Source of the DNA: Azolla caroliniana
Taxonomy: Eukaryota; Plantae; Polypodiophyta
Length of the DNA: 11,279 nt
Direction: 5' to 3'
Assembly (NCBI GenBank): GCA_043228905.1
Contig: JBHGNT010001173.1
Coordinates: 1-11,279 of the forward strand
This document shows positions 8,059 through 11,279 of the stretch, one piece after another. The notes beneath the pieces are model-generated. The model saw only the letters and a program-made list of their open reading frames with translations. It was not told the origin of the DNA and searched no databases. Both the position numbers and the translations under genes were made by a program. How positions within the stretch are numbered: the stretch's first letter is position 1; each line of letters begins with the position of its first letter.

Positions 8059-8935
8059 GAGATTCTATTATTGTCTTCGAAGGTCAAATATGACCTATGA
8101 GACCAAAAATATTACATTTCATGTAACATGTGAAAGTGAGTAGTGGCTCTCGATGTTCAAGAACTTTACCAATGAATGTTGCAATCGGGAGTGCACATTT
8201 TGGTTGTGAGAGAATTTCATGCAAGGATTGGGCTTGATCGAAGATGTGTGGAAATCATGGTCGAATATGATCAAAGGCAAAGCATTGTATCAAAGTGTGA
8301 TACTCAAACTTTGGAACTTGTTTATGGCAAAGTGTGAATAGTCGGCCGCTCTCATCACTTGTGCCTCAATGCCCTGTCTCACATGGCAATGCATGTGAGC
8401 TAAGTCGCATGGAAACAATGGTTCAAATGACAGACAAAATGATGGGTTCTAACATGTATTGATGTGTATGGTTTCTGTATCCCGCAAAAAATATGGTTTT
8501 GTAGTTAGTTGCAACATGTGTAATATAATGTGTGAAGCGTGAGCTTCCACATTTGTCCCATGTCATGATACATTGGTGTTGCAAAAATGCCTCATTTACA
8601 GAGGAATCTAGTGATGCATCATGAAGCAAGTGTGCTGGATCCCATCTACCAAGTCATTTTTCCATATCTTGTATCCAATCGGAACACAAAATTTCGTTTT
8701 TATGCGTCTTTTGGATCTTTTTGCTTGCTTCCCATGCGATTCTAGAAAGTCAATTTGAGGAACTTTTTTGAACCTTAAGCATGTATTCAACAACCCTTTC
8801 CATGGCCATTATCTCAATGGGAAGTGATCCCATCTCAAGGAGGAGGGTGTATGGCGTTTGTTTCGTAACTTGTAGAAACTTCATAAGAATTCTTTTGGGA
8901 CATTTTTATACTCTTTCCAAGTAGATTTAGGGAAG
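8059..8935 (-). mobile_element. 5'-truncated LINE (RTE-X-like) copy D, same superfamily as copy A
   Basis: Minus strand reads PKSTWKEYKNV/KRILMKFLQVTKQTPYTLLLEMGSLPIEIMAMERVVEYMLKVQK...RIAWEASKKIQKTHK...MRLSSHALPCETGH*GTSDESGRLFTLCHKQVPKFEYHTLIQCFAFDHIR...ATFIGKVLEHRE (RLSSH.L..ETG and CCHC motifs). Candidate TSD AATGTAGA at 8053-8060 and 8936-8943. Confidence 0.88.
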
Positions 8936-9121
8936 AATGTAGAATGTAGAAAGTGTAGATGTCCAAGAAAGCATAAAATGTAGAGAGTATTTTTGAGGTT
9001 TTTGAAAAAGGAGGAATTTTACATTTTGGGACTTGCATGAACAATTCAGGATGTATTTCCGTTTGTATTTTACATCAAAGGATTCTACTGAAATAATTTT
9101 TTTATCTAAATTTTTTTGCAG

Positions 9122-9361
9122 TCATCAATGGTGAGAAGATTGAGTGATGTGAATTCCAAAAAAATTCAAAGGGTAGAAGTTCTTGATGTCAAAACGAACA
9201 CCAAACCTGTGACTCTGACACCACCAAAAGGGAAAGACATGTCCCTGAGACAAAGTTATAAAAGTAAGAGGTCATTGAGGGCTTCTGAGGATCTGAAAAG
9301 AATAATGCAGGGGGATGCCACTTGGGATTGCCTTTCACCGGCTCTCTCAACATTGGGAAAG
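9122..9361 (+). CDS. DUF936/CORD exon 2
   Basis: Acceptor TTTTTTTGCAG|TCA and donor AAG|GTATGC. 240 nt, phase 0/0, ending in the conserved WDCLSPALSTLGK. Confidence 0.88.
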
Positions 9362-9442
9362 GTATGCATGTTGCTATTATTAAATGCACCAAATGGGCTT
9401 GGATTTGTGAATTTGAATATCTTATCTATATTTATTTTCTAG

Positions 9443-9532
9443 GGTGCAATACACTGGAGAGACTGCTTCTTCAGTTGCTGTGGAAGCCTTGAAGGAGGCT
9501 TCTGCTGCTGAAAGTGTTATAAGAAGTTTGAG
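9443..9532 (+). CDS. DUF936/CORD exon 3 (frameshift near 9460)
   Basis: Acceptor TTTTCTAG|G and donor AG|GTATGC. Starts GAIHWR, but the conserved ETASSVAVEALKEASAAESVIRSL lies in the +1 frame. The entry frame stops at TGA 9509-9511. Confidence 0.82.
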
Positions 9533-10268
9533 GTATGCATATTTTTTGTGCTGAATTCTAATAAGTAATCGAAGTATTACAACTGATGTGCTGAGGGTTC
9601 AAAAATTAGGCTCTGGTATTGCATGATCTATTTACAAAGTTGTGTTGTGGCACTCCAAGATTTACCAATTTTAAAAATGGCAGGTAGCAACTGAAGATAG
9701 TAGTTTTTGATAATCCTACTCGTTGCATTTCTCTGAAGCTCCCTTTAGCATTATTGGGATCTTATTTGAGACCGAGATGATGGCCCCTGGTGCTTGAAAG
9801 TTATAAGGGACATAAAAATAATAGATGAATATCCTATTGTCACAATAAAACCAAAACTGAATGATAGTTTTGATCATAAAAAATGGACAACATTGAGAAC
9901 ATTACTTAAGCTATACCTTTTCTAACTGGGACGGCCTAACTGGGAATTCCGATTCTAGCAAATTCAATTGATAGTAACTTATCTGGATCTTAGTTGGTGA
10001 ACTATTTTAGAAACCAAATTTTTTGTGTGTTATATGTCCCATACAGACTCTTGCAAATATGTGAAGCATTCTTTGGTTTACTACGTGAGGTTTTTCTTAC
10101 ATTATGAAGACGGTTCATAAATTATAAGGCAATAATCCTCAAATTATTTAAGATAGTTGGATGCTCTTATTGGTACTAAGTTTTCTACATAGTAACATTG
10201 ACAACCGATAAAGTTTAGCTTGGTCTTTTTCCTTGGTTTTATTTCCTTTTTTCTGCTTGATTTTGCAG

Positions 10269-11237
10269 TATCTTCTCTGAACTTTGTTCTGGTGCAAAAA
10301 TAGAGAATCCGCAGCCTTCAATAGAACAGTTTCTTGAGCTTCAAGATACATTGCTGCAGGCAACATCCATTCCAATTGCTTTTGCTGGCCCAGAAAATCT
10401 CCATAAAGAAGAAGATAGTTCTGAACTCAATCATACAGAACATGAATACTATAGAAACATATCTGTAGAAAAAGGAAGAATGGCAGACTTATGGGTCAGT
10501 GCAGCTTTGTCAATAGATATGGCTTCATTTTCATTGATGACCAGAGTGACCGACATGGCTGTCAAGAAAGATTCTGTCAAAAATAAGGCAGCATTGGTGC
10601 TTGAAAGAACATTTATAAATCAAATAACTAGTGGAATTTCAAGTAGAAAAGGAGTAGAATCAGCATGCTTACTCAGTGCAAATGAAAAGAAAACCCTGCA
10701 TGTGAGCGAAGGAGGAGAGATGAAACAAAGTAGTGTTTCTTCAAAGACAACGCAACGCGGCCAATTTCAAAACGTCTCTCTAATGGGATGGCTTCAAGTA
10801 AGGTACAAAGCACAAAACTTACTTCTACAGTTGACAGTTCACCTAAATTCAGTTGGATGAAGGGTGATGGTTTGCAAGAAAATGCACAGCTTGCGAAGAA
10901 GATACAAAACGAATCTCAAACCTGGTTTTTGAAGTTTTTAGAGGGAGCATTGGATAATGGCTTTCATATTTCAAATGGATTTGAAAGTGTGGCTGATGCT
11001 TCGGCTCTGAAACCTTCACCTCAAGATAAAAGTCAGATCGCATCTATGTTATCACAGCTGAAAAGGGTGAATGACTGGCTAGATCAAGTAGGTTGTGGAA
11101 AATATGGGGCCTGTAATCTTGAACTGGTTGACACTGTAACTCGATTGAGGAGAAAAATATATACTTACCTCCTCCAACATGTTGAATCAGCTTCTGTGGC
11201 ATTGGGTAGTCAAAGCTCAGAAGCAGATTTGAAGTGA
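10269..11237 (+). CDS. DUF936/CORD exon 4 (C-terminal conserved domain; frameshift near 10757)
   Basis: Acceptor TTTTGCAG|T. Reads IFSELCSGAKIENPQPSIEQFL...WVSAALSIDMASFSL in the frame of ORF 10351. The conserved WMKGDGL...WFLKFLE...LLQHV is in the frame of ORF 10788. Stop TGA at 11235-11237. Confidence 0.88.
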
Positions 11238-11279
11238 TTGGCAACAATCATAACCGGGAGGAGTAATTCTTGTAACTTT

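Larger units (their letters stand above)
4413..11237 (+). pseudogene. DUF936 / CORD (cortical microtubule disordering)-family gene, 4 exons, ~937 codons if repaired; one nonsense and two frameshift lesions
   Basis: N-terminus [13 protein letters not shown]...[10 protein letters not shown]...[14 protein letters not shown]...[13 protein letters not shown]...[13 protein letters not shown]. Also RRSWE, WDCLSPALSTLGK, EALKEASAAESVIRSLS, NPQPSIEQFL, WVSAAL, WFLKFLEGALD, SQLKRVNDWLD and LRRKIYTYLLQHV. Introns 5928-9121, 9362-9442 and 9533-10268 are all GTATG...AG. Confidence 0.85.

Noticed and set aside
8063-8612. Helitron (TCTATT start, hairpin plus CTAG end)
   Set aside because: The region translates as LINE ORF on the minus strand straight through the CTAG; TCTATTATTG is the LINE 3' end.
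9922-9945. CTAACTGGGA direct repeat in intron 3
   Set aside because: A single 10-bp micro-duplication with no further structure.
10798-10862. 65-nt intron (CAA|GTAAGG...GAAG|) that would restore the exon 4 frame
   Set aside because: Weak purine-rich acceptor and loss of the conserved W-x-K before GxGL. The pyrimidine-preceded AGs (10830, 10837, 10852) are out of phase. RNA-seq would settle it.

Overview
Land-plant nuclear DNA. The TE content suggests a fern-like genome, but that is inference only. Bases 1-3685 hold two decayed, nested Ty1/copia LTR retrotransposons. A Tnt1/Tork-like element (RT, RNase H, PPT, 3' LTR 1813-2375) is inserted into the RT of an older copia, whose pol has a charged C-terminal extension running to its PPT/LTR (3478-~3685). 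Bases 4413-11237 hold a four-exon DUF936/CORD-family (cortical microtubule-associated) gene. Its GT-AG splice sites are intact, but it has three lesions: an in-frame TAG at 4824 just after the DUF936 domain, and frameshifts near 9460 and 10757. It is therefore probably a young pseudogene, or makes only a 137-aa DUF936 product. Its 3.2-kb first intron is mostly a head-to-tail stack of antisense, 5'-truncated LINE remnants (RTE-X-like). These share a 3' stem-loop with compensatory and G-U changes, while each copy ends in a different microsatellite tail; another such 3' end lies ~180 bp upstream of the ATG. I see no wholly new gene system. The LINE 3'-end architecture and the truncated CORD gene are the best leads.
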